A DNA stretch of 57,902 nt from a virus (taxonomy: Duplodnaviria > Heunggongvirae > Uroviricota > Caudoviricetes): IMG/VR virus record IMGVR_UViG_2811995276_000001. One strand, written 5' to 3'. A program made the translations under genes and the position numbers. The notes under the pieces were generated by a model. It was not told the DNA's origin and ran no database searches. It saw nothing but the letters and a program-made list of their open reading frames with translations. The stretch's first letter is position 1; the number at the start of each line of letters is the position of its first letter. Of this stretch, positions 22,001 to 31,867 are shown one piece after another.

Positions 22001-25000
22001 ATTGTGCTATGCCGATACCAGTACCACCTTGCTCTTTAGCAGCGGGATTAAATCTTGATTCACGCTCAATATTACCCATAATTCCAGCTACTGCGTGGTC
22101 TGATAATCCTCTAGCTTTAAGGTAATTCCAAACCTTAGCTTGATTAGAAGAACCTGATAATCCAGATATAGAACCATATTCTCCACCACTTAAACCATTT
22201 GCAGAATATCGGTAGTAGGGGACATCAACACTTGAATCAACTAGCCCATATTCTATAACTTGGCCAGCTGCAATTTGATCTTGCATAGAGCGTATTTGTT
22301 CATTTAACTTTTTAGTTTTTTCATCGATTAATCTATTTTCTTCTTTTAAAGAATCTCGATACTTTTGTGACCAAGTAGCATACTTTTGAGTGTGTAACTT
22401 TTGTTTTTCAATTTGATGATTAACCTTATCTAGAGCCATTTGTAGTTCGTCTGCAACATATGTAGTAACAGTGAAAGTTTTATATAACTTTTCAACAGTA
22501 ATGCCTGCAGCTTCAGCTTCTTTATTTAGTTTTTCAGCTTCTTTTGATGCATCATCCATTGATTTTTTAGCACGGTCTAAGCCTTTACCAGCACCAGAGC
22601 CGCTACGGCCTAAACCATCCATTCCACTAGAAGCACCATAAGCTTTGTTTTTAATATCGTCTAAACTTTGACCTATGCCGCCATTTTTACCAGCGGTGAT
22701 ATCTGCATATTTTTTCCACTTATCGTCTTTATCTAGAATTAATTGAGAAGCATTGATTTGCAATTTGTTAGCAGCACTTTTAACACGGTCAGTTAAACCA
22801 TCGGCAAAGTTATCGAACCCTGGAATCATACCTAAAGCAGTATCTTTAAGTGATGACATGATGCCCTCAGTAGTTTCAGCAATAGCAATAATATAGTTAT
22901 TCCATTTGCTTCCTAGGGCTTGCATTAATTGATTTTCAAGTGCATCTTTCTTTTCGCCCAAGGTACCAAAGTTTGATAAGTCAATTCCGTAAGAATCTGC
23001 TATACTATTAACTAATTTTTCTTGTTGTTCAGCAGTGCCTTCATTATAGATTTTATTAATATCGTCTTGAAGACTTTTCATGTCAGCATAGTTAGTAGTA
23101 TCGATTCCATATTGTTCCATCATATGCTTTTGAAGCTCGGTGCCTCGTCCAGCTACTTTTTGATAAAACTCTTCGCTTGTGGCATATTTTTCTTGTTGGT
23201 CTGAAATGTATTTTTCTTTTTCTTCGTCAGATTTAGCCATTAAGAAGTCTCGCATAGACGCTTCATTAAGCATTGCTTGCTCAGCTTCTTTGCCATACTC
23301 ACGTACTAAATCCGTTTTTGTATCCCAACCAAGATTACCCGCATCTAATTCGCCAAGTGCTTTTCCAAGTAATTCTTGTTTATTAGCTGCCTCCTGCATG
23401 GCATTAGCAGCTTCCTCATTGGCTTCTTTCATTCTATCAGTAGCATCAGCATTATCCATTTTAGCTTGAGAGTTTTCATCTACAGCGCCAGAGTTTTGCT
23501 TCATTTTCTTAGTCAAATCAAGCGTAACTTTACCGCCTTTTGTAACTTCAGCATTATAACCTGCTTCTGCTTCAATGTTTCCTTCAAGAGATTGCTTAAG
23601 TTGGTTGATTTCTGACTTGCTCATGTTAGCACTTCTAGCTGCATCTAGAATAGCGGCACTAACTTTTGAATAGGCGGCTTCTAGCTGAGGAAGCCTGTCT
23701 GTTCGTTCTGCATCAGACTTGGCATTTTTAAATTTATCAAGTGCATTTTCATAACTTTGCATCTTTGCGATAAAGCCTTTGTCTTGAGCAAGTGAAGAGG
23801 TAAATTGATTGAATACTGATTCAGCTTGTTTACCACTTGTAATCATACCTTGTACAGACATAGTTAATGTCTGCATTACACTTTGTCCAGATGCACCTAA
23901 CTCATAGTTTTTCATTTTCATGTTATTAACATGAGTATTAAATTTTGTAGCTTCAGCATCAATTTGAACACGTTCAAGCATTGCTACTTCATTTTTCTTA
24001 TTAATATAATCTTGTATATATTGTTTCTTTTGATTCCACTGGCTAGCTTCTTTTGAATTGCCATCTCGCTCTGCTTGTGCAACTCTGTCATTGACTTGCT
24101 TAAGTACATTTTGAGCATCAGTTAATGATTTTACCTTTTGTATTTTACTATCAAGTGCGGCATCATCACCATGTATCGCACCGCCAACTGTCATGTTTTT
24201 AGCATGAAGTGCGTTTTCAAGGTTTGGTTTCCAAAAACCACCAGTTTGTAATTTATCTGCTTGTTCACGTGCATTTTTAGCAGCTTCAACAGCTTCTTGT
24301 TGCTTTTTAATATCAAGTTGCTCTTTTTCAATTTGCATTTGTTGCTGCATTAAATCTATACGCTGTCTTAGAATATTACTGTTAGCGTTTAGAACAGTTC
24401 CATATTGACCTTCACGTGATGATAAATCAGGGAATATATTTTTAAGTTGGGAAACTGTATCTTTATATTTTTGAGCCTCTTCGGTATTAAATGATTTACC
24501 ACTATTCATCTTTTGTTGAAGCATGTCGTAGTCATCAATCAATTCTTTAATTTGAGTAGTGCCACCCATGCTCTCAATAGATTGTTTAAGGGTCTCTTGT
24601 TGCATCTTAAAATTTTCTATAGAAGATGAAGCTTTATCTGCGCTTCCTATTAATTTTTCAAGTGCAAAAGATATTCCTGTTATTACTAGTCCTATACCAG
24701 TAGCAGCTAGGAGACCTCTAAATGCCATCTTCAATCCAGCTATAGCAGCAGTTGCAGCTCTAGAAACAGCGGTAGTAGCAGTCATTTTAATATTAGTAGC
24801 TGTCAATGCGTTACTAGATAAGAGAGAGGAAATTGATAAATCTTTTTGTGCTTTAGACAAGGCGATGGTGGATGTTGTGGCTGCTTGGGCTTTAGAAGCA
24901 TTTTTATCATATCTGCCTGCAGTATCAAATACTAATGATGATGCGGCACCCGTTTGGTTATCTGCGAACTTACCTTTAGCTCCTTGTACCGCAGTAACTT

Positions 25001-27635
25001 GTGAGATACCATCAATATTTTGTCTTACTTTCTTTAGATCATTTGCTTGAGTTATAAAGTCTGCTACACTTAATCGAGCTGATTCAAAGCCACTTCTTAC
25101 ATTTTTAGAAAATAAAGATAATGCTGCACCAATTGTACCTATAAGTGGGGCTGTAGTACCTAGACTTTGTAATGCTTGGGTTAATCCAGTCAGTAGGTTA
25201 GTAAAAATACGTAAACCGTCTAACATACCAGCTTTAACAAAAGCGTCACCGATTGCCAGTGCAAACTGTTCTAAAGCAACTTTAGCTTTATTAATTTTAG
25301 CTTCGACAGATTCTAGATATTTCTGGTTTTCGGCAATAGCCGAACCAGCACTATTTTCAGAAGTATTTTTTATCTGTTTATATAACGAATTAGCTTTACC
25401 TAAATCATCAAGTAATACTTGCATACGTTGGTAGTGATAAGTTCCACCTAATCCACGAATAATTGCGGCTTGTTGATCCTTATCTATACCTTTTATTTTT
25501 TGAGAAACCTCTTCTAATAATGTAATTGCGCTTTTTAAATTGCCATTAGAATCTTTCATGTCGATTCCTAAGCCTTCAATAGTATTTTTACCTGTACCTA
25601 CATAAAGTTTAGGTAAAACTGCTTTCATGAAGTTACCAATTTCGTCGCCAGATTGTTTAGTTTTAGCAGTTAATGAACCTATAATTGCATTAGTCTCATG
25701 GAAGGTTAACCCCATTGATTTAGCGGTAGAACCTGCTTTAGCTTGACCTTGTGCTAGTTTATCGACAGTCGTAGCATATTCATTAGAAATTTGGTTGAGT
25801 GAATCAACTTGTCTCATAGCATCATGGGCTTGTGTTTCCCACTGAGCCGACATAGAAGTCAAATACTCTGCAGCTTGTTTTGCATCAATTTCACCAACAT
25901 TAGATGCGATTAAAGCTGCATTACCAAACATGGCTGTGTCATTTTCGTTATACCCTTGGCGTGCAAATTCTGCATAGGCATCTAGAACACCACTGATTGT
26001 CTGTCCAAATTGTTGCGCAGCATCATTTGCTCTATTAAATACAGATTCTAAGTCTGCATCGTCACCCATAACTTTTGCTAAAGTAATCATCTTACTATCG
26101 ATGTCAGTAATTATACTCAAAAATGTTTTACCACTTTGGATAGCACCAAAGAATAGGGTAGAGGCTCCCATCCAGATAGGGAATTTTACCATTGCTTGTC
26201 TAAATGATTCTACAAATCCCATTTGAGATCGAGTAGCTCTTTCAGCTTCGGCAGTTATAGTTCTAATTTGCCCTTGAATATTATTCATCTGATAAGCAGC
26301 ATCTTTACCAAATAAGCCGCCAGAATTTAATCCAGTTAGTTCCTTCTTAAGTTGGCCAGTAGCACGTTTATTTATAGAATCAGCAAGTCTACGTTCACTA
26401 CGTTCGATTTGAGCCATTATTGATTCTTGCTGTCTCAATAATTTATTTTGATTTAAATACTCAGATGTCAGTTTGTTTACTTCTGATTTAGCTTTTTCAA
26501 ATTGTTGAGGATCAATAAATGAAACCTTTGACATTTTAGCAAGATGTTGCAATTGTCCTTGGATTTCTTTAGATTGAGAAGAGTTGATTTTACCTTGAGT
26601 GTTTAACTTATTAATACGGTCTATCTCTTTAGCAATATTTTTTTGAATGGCTTTTTGATGTTGAAGAGCTAAATTTTGTTCTTCAAATGCTTTTAAAGTA
26701 CCATTCACTTCATTTTTTACACGATTAAATTGGTCAGACTCGAGAATACCACCAGCATTTTTAAATCTACTTAATTCAGCATATTTGCTTTTTAGCAAAT
26801 CGGCTTGGTCTGTAGTAAGCTTAGCTTTAGCATTCAGTTTATCAATTGCAGCAATTTCGGACTGAATTGATTTTACTATTTGGTCATGTGTTTGCTTACG
26901 TGCCTTATCTATAGAATTAAGGTCAGTTATTTTTTGTAGACTTAAAGAACCATCATCATTAGGTTTAAAATCATAATTATGTTTGGTTAGTGCTTTTCCT
27001 GTATTACTGACTTGTTGCAAAGTGACACGATAAGCTTTTAAAGCACCATCTGCATCTTTAATCTGCTTTACTTCACTTCGCAAGTTAGCATTTGTAATTT
27101 TACTGATTTCAGATTTAAGTGCTCCAACGTTTTGGTATGATTTACCTAAATCTACTACTGTAGCTTTTAAATTTTGTAGTTTAGACTTTTCTTGCCCATC
27201 ACTAAGTGTTGAGGAACTACCTAAACTATTTTTTAAATCTGCTCCCATTTGAGCAGCATTACTTAAAGTCTTACCAGCGTTTTTAGCAGAAGTGGTATCA
27301 ACATTCGCTTCAATGTTTACTTTGACTTTTTGTTTAGCCATTTCATTTGAAATTTTCGAGATGGCTTTTCGTATGTTGGATTTACTTTGAGTAATGTTTA
27401 CATCAAGATTAACTTTAATTATCTTGAGTTGACTTGATTTATTAACTGTATCGACTACTGAGTTTGCGCTTTTTCTAGCACTCTCAGATGTACCTTTATT
27501 TTGATTAACTTCTAAACCTACACTAATATTATTGATATTCTTTTCGATATCTTTAAGTGTTTTGTTAATCGACTGTTGTGAGGAGCTTGAATCAACATCT
27601 AACGTTGACAAAATTCCTATATTAAAATCTGCCAA
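19089..27635 (-). CDS. Tape measure protein with phage-tail lysozyme and M23 peptidase domains (CwlP/YomI-like)
   Basis: TMP core region. Lysozyme-like AGIMGNIERESRFNP...GIAQW. M23 motifs HYGLD and TGPHLHVQV. Confidence 0.93.
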   Translation of the reverse strand: MADFNIGILSTLDVDSSSSQQSINKTLKDIEKNINNISVGLEVNQNKGTSESARKSANSVVDTVNKSSQLKIIKVNLDVNITQSKSNIRKAISKISNEMAKQKVKVNIEANVDTTSAKNAGKTLSNAAQMGADLKNSLGSSSTLSDGQEKSKLQNLKATVVDLGKSYQNVGALKSEISKITNANLRSEVKQIKDADGALKAYRVTLQQVSNTGKALTKHNYDFKPNDDGSLSLQKITDLNSIDKARKQTHDQIVKSIQSEIAAIDKLNAKAKLTTDQADLLKSKYAELSRFKNAGGILESDQFNRVKNEVNGTLKAFEEQNLALQHQKAIQKNIAKEIDRINKLNTQGKINSSQSKEIQGQLQHLAKMSKVSFIDPQQFEKAKSEVNKLTSEYLNQNKLLRQQESIMAQIERSERRLADSINKRATGQLKKELTGLNSGGLFGKDAAYQMNNIQGQIRTITAEAERATRSQMGFVESFRQAMVKFPIWMGASTLFFGAIQSGKTFLSIITDIDSKMITLAKVMGDDADLESVFNRANDAAQQFGQTISGVLDAYAEFARQGYNENDTAMFGNAALIASNVGEIDAKQAAEYLTSMSAQWETQAHDAMRQVDSLNQISNEYATTVDKLAQGQAKAGSTAKSMGLTFHETNAIIGSLTAKTKQSGDEIGNFMKAVLPKLYVGTGKNTIEGLGIDMKDSNGNLKSAITLLEEVSQKIKGIDKDQQAAIIRGLGGTYHYQRMQVLLDDLGKANSLYKQIKNTSENSAGSAIAENQKYLESVEAKINKAKVALEQFALAIGDAFVKAGMLDGLRIFTNLLTGLTQALQSLGTTAPLIGTIGAALSLFSKNVRSGFESARLSVADFITQANDLKKVRQNIDGISQVTAVQGAKGKFADNQTGAASSLVFDTAGRYDKNASKAQAATTSTIALSKAQKDLSISSLLSSNALTATNIKMTATTAVSRAATAAIAGLKMAFRGLLAATGIGLVITGISFALEKLIGSADKASSSIENFKMQQETLKQSIESMGGTTQIKELIDDYDMLQQKMNSGKSFNTEEAQKYKDTVSQLKNIFPDLSSREGQYGTVLNANSNILRQRIDLMQQQMQIEKEQLDIKKQQEAVEAAKNAREQADKLQTGGFWKPNLENALHAKNMTVGGAIHGDDAALDSKIQKVKSLTDAQNVLKQVNDRVAQAERDGNSKEASQWNQKKQYIQDYINKKNEVAMLERVQIDAEATKFNTHVNNMKMKNYELGASGQSVMQTLTMSVQGMITSGKQAESVFNQFTSSLAQDKGFIAKMQSYENALDKFKNAKSDAERTDRLPQLEAAYSKVSAAILDAARSANMSKSEINQLKQSLEGNIEAEAGYNAEVTKGGKVTLDLTKKMKQNSGAVDENSQAKMDNADATDRMKEANEEAANAMQEAANKQELLGKALGELDAGNLGWDTKTDLVREYGKEAEQAMLNEASMRDFLMAKSDEEKEKYISDQQEKYATSEEFYQKVAGRGTELQKHMMEQYGIDTTNYADMKSLQDDINKIYNEGTAEQQEKLVNSIADSYGIDLSNFGTLGEKKDALENQLMQALGSKWNNYIIAIAETTEGIMSSLKDTALGMIPGFDNFADGLTDRVKSAANKLQINASQLILDKDDKWKKYADITAGKNGGIGQSLDDIKNKAYGASSGMDGLGRSGSGAGKGLDRAKKSMDDASKEAEKLNKEAEAAGITVEKLYKTFTVTTYVADELQMALDKVNHQIEKQKLHTQKYATWSQKYRDSLKEENRLIDEKTKKLNEQIRSMQDQIAAGQVIEYGLVDSSVDVPYYRYSANGLSGGEYGSISGLSGSSNQAKVWNYLKARGLSDHAVAGIMGNIERESRFNPAAKEQGGTGIGIAQWSFGRANNLRNFAKRKGKAWSDLNTQLDFLWHELTTTETNALRALKSSGSVVAAADAFQRKFERAGVVAQGQRNSAAKKYYNQFKGTGSNKAIKGMAGKSVVADPTAYLFDSTFGRYTKGGLSGAHYGLDITSANINNSAIRAAKSGVVTFKGWTGGGNTISIFDGKNTYTYMHMIRPSKLKVGSTVQAGQHVGNVGSTFGRGGRSTGPHLHVQVNKGRTPTGTFMDTFKGAHAAIDPRLGGYLKVSGGGSIDFNNLSTGSIATGSIDAAMADDLNRIQEERLAEIEAAINEHNEAEKMKQKVDELRKKLMDTQLEAIRNSQAKRENLYNIHKSHIESFDRSRELQAAKSAKYEYQLNKIEFEKGRNTAAWRKKNEELQISKELEQKWEQDKITYINKALKSNKDGIFGSQTVYRDEMEKAKREAEQNIRDIANGVMRARGEIAASLVDQIIDDYNDDADKIQRIIDGYSKQKSHLDAMDVEQATELVRLTTEQHKEAKKRADTTQFYISQLEEQSKKIGKNAELQKRIKSQLNEMKTAYDDAALSAHEFLKEAAEIDIERQLTINLRRLKDFQKDLRTFEYNGAFISSEYQIDLFRDNQEKMIKGYAKEQEALRKNKKELEDMLELYKSLPSQAQKIRDSIDEVTNSLQESNKALHTVRSEMANAMIQSIKTIYQKQLEVATKAYDDEYKQFEKMINKKIRLLDDEAKDETFQKDVKDKTEALNKIREEIASRMGDDSLANQKKLKDLREQLQKGEEEYEAYLRNKNREDKKQALQDELQDKNDQLQQQKEDLNKAFTDLLEDTRKYNEIQEELMKGQVDKYKVMVTDLSKFVSDNMKDIGNSIGQNILDAINETFKNLVDVATILNENNSSGNIPLPTSNLKPKPLSEATAAAIKQLNALAPSAILNGLNIKDVMKPKDINKAISNVTTNNNTQAKALVNIENFNGSQKEVDNLVNNLETALRKSGTL

Positions 27636-27673
27636 TTACTTTTTCACTCCTTGCATCACGTACATAAAATAAA

Positions 27674-27733
27674 AATTCTATCTTTCAAGTCTCACGAAAA
27701 ACTATATTGTCGTGAGAATTCAAAAATAGAATT
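27674..27733. repeat. 60-bp imperfect palindrome between the recombinase and TMP
   Basis: aattctat-N8-tctcacga-N12-tcgtgaga-N8-atagaatt; 22 of 24 positions pair as minus-strand RNA. Confidence 0.7.
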
Positions 27734-28751
27734 AGGTGAATATCTTTTTGCGCTCGTCTTCAAAATCACGTAAATCGTATATTTGAGTAGTTTCTACAGA
27801 TTCATGATGAGCTATGTATTTAGAAACTAGTTTGATATCTAAACCTTTTTCTTCTAAAAGGTATGTAATACAACTTGCTTTAAAGATATGTGGGTTAATA
27901 CGTCTTCCTAAAATAGGGGATAGGACATTCTCACAGAAGTAGTCAGCCCATGTTATGCCCATTAGACGATTGCGTTTTTCATTACCCACGGTGAAAATGT
28001 ATTCACTATCATATCCACGCTTATCGAGCCATAGATTAAGATATAAGAGGGCTTCTTCATTGATCATATATTGAAGAACTTTACCGTCTTCTCCTCGACC
28101 CTTACCACGCAAATTATGACTAAGAACATATCCGCCTTCATCATTAAATTCGTAATCTACAATTTCAGTTTTAAACTGAATAATTTCAGCACGTCGTGCA
28201 CCTACATTAAATGCCACAGCTAGCCATGCCATGCCAAGATAATTTTCATCATCTTCTAATGCTTCCATCATAGTACGATATTCATCATATGTAATTTTAA
28301 TCTTTTGATATACTTGATTCTTAACAACAGGGGGTAAGCCTTTCATGAAGTTTCTAAAAGTCTCGAAAACGAGTACTCCATTTTCATCTTCATAATCATC
28401 AGCGATGTAGTTTTCAATCCATTGGCAAAAAGCAGAAATAGCAGATTTTTTTAGGTTAATGCCAGAGGAGGACATTTTTCTGTGCTCTCGAAGAAAGTTC
28501 ACATAACGCATAGCGTCACGTTTTTTAATTTTATAAAGTGGCTTATTATTTAAGCTATCATATAAGAAAAAACCAAATTGTCTTAAAGCGGAACGATATT
28601 GCTTTTTTGATTGAGTTGATAAATCTACAGAAGTTAAATATTCTTCAACTAATTCTTTGTAAACAGGGTCTACTTTTTCCCATAATTCATCTGTAATATC
28701 AGGTAACTTTTTAGCTCGTTCACGCAACATATTTTTGTTTACAATAGTCAC
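27732..28751 (-). CDS. Tyrosine recombinase family protein within the tail module (SPbeta YomM-like)
   Basis: GARRAEI (R), RGKG (K), PHIFKAS (H-x-x-K), HHESVETTQIY (H, Y), N-terminal SAM-like domain. Confidence 0.88.
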   Translation of the reverse strand: MTIVNKNMLRERAKKLPDITDELWEKVDPVYKELVEEYLTSVDLSTQSKKQYRSALRQFGFFLYDSLNNKPLYKIKKRDAMRYVNFLREHRKMSSSGINLKKSAISAFCQWIENYIADDYEDENGVLVFETFRNFMKGLPPVVKNQVYQKIKITYDEYRTMMEALEDDENYLGMAWLAVAFNVGARRAEIIQFKTEIVDYEFNDEGGYVLSHNLRGKGRGEDGKVLQYMINEEALLYLNLWLDKRGYDSEYIFTVGNEKRNRLMGITWADYFCENVLSPILGRRINPHIFKASCITYLLEEKGLDIKLVSKYIAHHESVETTQIYDLRDFEDERKKIFT

Positions 28752-28771
28752 GTAAATAACCTCATTTCTAA

Positions 28772-29251
28772 TTATTTAATTGTTATATTAAATCCATGAA
28801 CTCGTAGTCCGTCTACAAGTGCACGTTTCATTTCATTCTTGCTTGCTGAAGATATTAAATTTGCATAAGCATATTCAGTATAAGGTCTAGCAGGCATGTT
28901 CGTATTTGGGTCACCAGCGAATCCACTTGTTCCTTCAATCAAATCATTGATTAATCTGCCGTTAAATTCATCCCAACCATTACCTTTTGTGATGTTTTCA
29001 ATAACAAATCTAGCTGTTTTATCTGTTATTCGTGGTGTACTTATAGCATAATTTTTAGGATCACTTAAACCGCCTTGCGATTCTCTTCGTTGATATTTAG
29101 TAGGGGAGTAAGTCGAATATACACGATTCTCGACTTCATCAATTAGTTCATCACGTATTACCTCAAACACTTCATTTTTAATAACATCAATTAATGCAGC
29201 TTTAAATGCTTGTTCTAAATCATTTAGGTTTTTAAAAACTTTTTTAGCCAT
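28772..29251 (-). CDS. Putative tail completion protein (HK97 gp10-like)
   Basis: Position in the tail module and the MPARPYTEYA motif. Confidence 0.55.
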   Translation of the reverse strand: MAKKVFKNLNDLEQAFKAALIDVIKNEVFEVIRDELIDEVENRVYSTYSPTKYQRRESQGGLSDPKNYAISTPRITDKTARFVIENITKGNGWDEFNGRLINDLIEGTSGFAGDPNTNMPARPYTEYAYANLISSASKNEMKRALVDGLRVHGFNITIK

Positions 29252-29263
29252 TCAAATCACTAC

Positions 29264-29806
29264 TTATTTATTGAATTGTTGTTTAAACTTTGAGCGAGCA
29301 TCCTCAAGACTATCTTCATATGTATTCAAGAATTCCATCGCACTAACCATAATTGCCGAATCATTGGCAAACATATCGTTAATTTTCTTTAATTCATCAT
29401 AAATAAATACATCATTAATGATTTCTTCTAAAACACCTGTTTCAAGTAGAGCATTGTAATAAGGTGCTAAATCTTTAACTTGCTTACATTCTTTCATTTG
29501 TTCACCGAAGTGAGTGAATTTTTTAACGCATAAGAAATACCAAAACAGGATTGTACTAAAGTCATTTTTGTTAATGAGTTCCATAAATGCTTGGTCATCT
29601 TTGTCGTCTGATTGTGTGTATGATTGAAATTCTTCAATAATCTCTTTAACTTTTGTACGTGAGAAGTATGGGTAGAATTGAATATCTTTTCCATTACTTA
29701 GTGTGTAATCTTGAATTTCATCATATTTAGATGCTTTATCAACAACCTCAGCAATATTTAAGATGTTCTTATTTGAATTTTTTGTGTTTTTATCGGCATT
29801 TTTCAT
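29264..29806 (-). CDS. Putative tail assembly chaperone
   Basis: Acidic helical 180-aa protein downstream of the major tail protein. Confidence 0.5.
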   Translation of the reverse strand: MKNADKNTKNSNKNILNIAEVVDKASKYDEIQDYTLSNGKDIQFYPYFSRTKVKEIIEEFQSYTQSDDKDDQAFMELINKNDFSTILFWYFLCVKKFTHFGEQMKECKQVKDLAPYYNALLETGVLEEIINDVFIYDELKKINDMFANDSAIMVSAMEFLNTYEDSLEDARSKFKQQFNK

Positions 29807-29844
29807 GATAAAACTCTCCTTTTATTCCTTATAAAATTGAAAAT

Positions 29845-29869
29845 AAAAAAGGGAGAACTTAATCTCCCT
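29845..29869 (-). terminator. Intrinsic terminator after MTP/Ig
   Basis: Stem gggaga/tctccc plus A6 run. Confidence 0.7.
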
Positions 29870-29874
29870 AAAAT

Positions 29875-30279
29875 TTATACACTAGACTCTAACTCAGAAT
29901 CAGATGAATCACTGTGAGAAGCTAAGTTCTCCTCTAAACGCTCTTCATGATGTGGATCTTCTTGCTCTTCCTCAGGTTTAGCTTTTACATTGATTGTAAT
30001 CTTATCTATCTTGTCGTTAACAGTAGCTGTAATAGTAGCCAATCCTTCTTTGACACCTGTAACGAGACCAGATTCATTTACAGTAGCAATATCTTTTTGT
30101 AAAGAATCATAAGTTACTGAAGCTTCTTTAGGAGTGTGTGTAACTGAAAGTTGAACTGTTCCATCAACGACTACAGTCTTAACTCTCCCTTGAATTTTTA
30201 CCGAAGATTCAACTTCAGGTTCTGAGTCGTCATCACCATTTAAATCTTGGTCAGAAGGTGACGATTCCTCATCTTCCAT
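29875..30279 (-). CDS. Ig-like (Big_2) domain ORF, probably made as a frameshift extension of the major tail protein
   Basis: TVQLSVTHTPKEASVTYDSLQKDIATVNESGLVTGVKEGLATITAT. No SD before its ATG, and the frame is open back to the slippery site. Confidence 0.85.
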   Translation of the reverse strand: MEDEESSPSDQDLNGDDDSEPEVESSVKIQGRVKTVVVDGTVQLSVTHTPKEASVTYDSLQKDIATVNESGLVTGVKEGLATITATVNDKIDKITINVKAKPEEEQEDPHHEERLEENLASHSDSSDSELESSV

Positions 30280-30287
30280 CTTCGGTT

Positions 30288-31019
30288 CTAGTCCTTTTTT
30301 CCTTCTTCATGTGGAGACATGAACCAGTTACCAATTTCTTTCGTCTTAGGATCAGCAGAAGCAACTAACTTAATTTCTGGAGCTAAAGCTTCACCAGCTT
30401 CTAAACCTAATTCAAATTCAGCAGAAGGTGTTACGTTATGGAACACTACGAATAAGTCTTCAACAATAGCTTCTGTTTCAGCTTCATAAATAATTGTGTT
30501 AAGTTGAGCTTTATACTTCTCAGCAAAACGGTCAGCACGGATAGAGATAGATTTACCTTTACGTTCTTTTTCATAAACGATTTGACCCTCTTTACCTGCT
30601 TGGTCTTTTACTTTATCAATTGTAACAACACCTGATTTAATATCTGCCTCATGGTTATCACCTTTAGAATCTACAAAAACACCTTTACCAGTGAATTTAG
30701 AATCTTGAATAGTAATTTTACCTTGAGCACCAATCTCAACAGTTTCTACCATTTCAACTTTAAGAGTTTGGTCGTTTTCAACCTTAACACCTTGAGTAGC
30801 AGCTAACCATTGTGGGTTAAATACGGCGTCCTTAACTTCGATTTCTAACTCTTTATTAGATTTAATTGTGTATAATGTACGGTTACCGATACCGCCTTTG
30901 ATTTGATCTTCATCTACAGATTGAGAGATACTTGTAGATTGAGCAGTACCTGTAGCAATTTTAAAACCATCACTCTTACGAGTAAGTAATACGTCAGCAA
31001 CGTCTTGGATATAGTACAT
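30288..31019 (-). CDS. Major tail (tube) protein
   Basis: 243 aa, GGAGG RBS, IKGGIGNRTLYTIKSNKELEI pattern, position and downstream terminator. Confidence 0.8.
   Translation of the reverse strand: MYYIQDVADVLLTRKSDGFKIATGTAQSTSISQSVDEDQIKGGIGNRTLYTIKSNKELEIEVKDAVFNPQWLAATQGVKVENDQTLKVEMVETVEIGAQGKITIQDSKFTGKGVFVDSKGDNHEADIKSGVVTIDKVKDQAGKEGQIVYEKERKGKSISIRADRFAEKYKAQLNTIIYEAETEAIVEDLFVVFHNVTPSAEFELGLEAGEALAPEIKLVASADPKTKEIGNWFMSPHEEGKKD
30294..30300 (-). other. Programmed -1 ribosomal frameshift heptamer A AAA AAG
   Basis: mRNA reads GGA AAA AAG GAC TAG. The -1 frame reads AAA AAA GGA CTA GAA CCG AAG ATG into the Ig ORF. Confidence 0.8.
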
Positions 31020-31053
31020 AAACTATGTTCCTCCTATGTAATTGTTTTATATA

Positions 31054-31863
31054 TTATTTAGAATTGCGTAGACCAGAAAGTTGTTTTTTGAACTCGTTGA
31101 ATTCTTTATCTGTATTTTTTTCCTCATGTTCAAGGCTAATATTTTTAGTCCAATTTTCAATTTCAACGTCAGTAGCCACTGTGGCAAACAATCTTGAGGT
31201 TTCATAACTAATTATTTGTGCAATTCTTTGAAAAGCATGTTGTAATTGAAATGCGTTCCATTTGGCAACAACGCTAAAATCAATACCAGAATATGTAACG
31301 CAAGTTGTAATCATTGTCGATAGATTAGGAGCGTCTTCAGATCCGCCACTAAAATATTTTTCTTTCTTATCTTGCCCTCGTTGTATCTTAGGGTTTAAGA
31401 ATGCTATTTTCTCTGTTTGATTATTTAAAGTCATAAGAATTTTTCTGATTTCATCAAAGTCTTCATTAGACAAATCTATAATGAAATCACGCACCTTAAG
31501 TAAACACTCGTCTTCTTTGTCTTGGTCATTGTCAGGATTTAGGTCGTAAAATAAACAAAATCTTAAAAGAATGATGTAGTGTATTAAATATTCAGTAAAG
31601 TATTCTGACATGAGTTGCAAGAAGGGGAGTTCATATAGATTTTTAAGCATGCTATGTATTTCTTCATCACTAGCTTGAGGGTTTTCTGCTTTATATGCTT
31701 TACCAAGTTCAGCTAGTAGTTTCTTTTTTCCGTATGATAGTATCGCTACAGATTGAACACGTCTCATATATTCCTCTATAGACATCGGTTTGAATTCACC
31801 GTATGGAGTGTTTATAGGTAAGCCTAAGACAGCTCTATCGGCGATAATATTGGCATCTAGCAT
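31054..31863 (-). CDS. Hypothetical morphogenesis protein (possibly chaperone-like)
   Basis: 269 aa, in the head-tail block; no decisive motif. Confidence 0.6.
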   Translation of the reverse strand: MLDANIIADRAVLGLPINTPYGEFKPMSIEEYMRRVQSVAILSYGKKKLLAELGKAYKAENPQASDEEIHSMLKNLYELPFLQLMSEYFTEYLIHYIILLRFCLFYDLNPDNDQDKEDECLLKVRDFIIDLSNEDFDEIRKILMTLNNQTEKIAFLNPKIQRGQDKKEKYFSGGSEDAPNLSTMITTCVTYSGIDFSVVAKWNAFQLQHAFQRIAQIISYETSRLFATVATDVEIENWTKNISLEHEEKNTDKEFNEFKKQLSGLRNSK

Positions 31864-31867
31864 AAAA

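Noticed and set aside
27732-28751. Calling the tyrosine recombinase the prophage integrase, with a nearby att site
   Set aside because: It sits inside the late tail operon with phage genes on both sides, and no host junction is visible.
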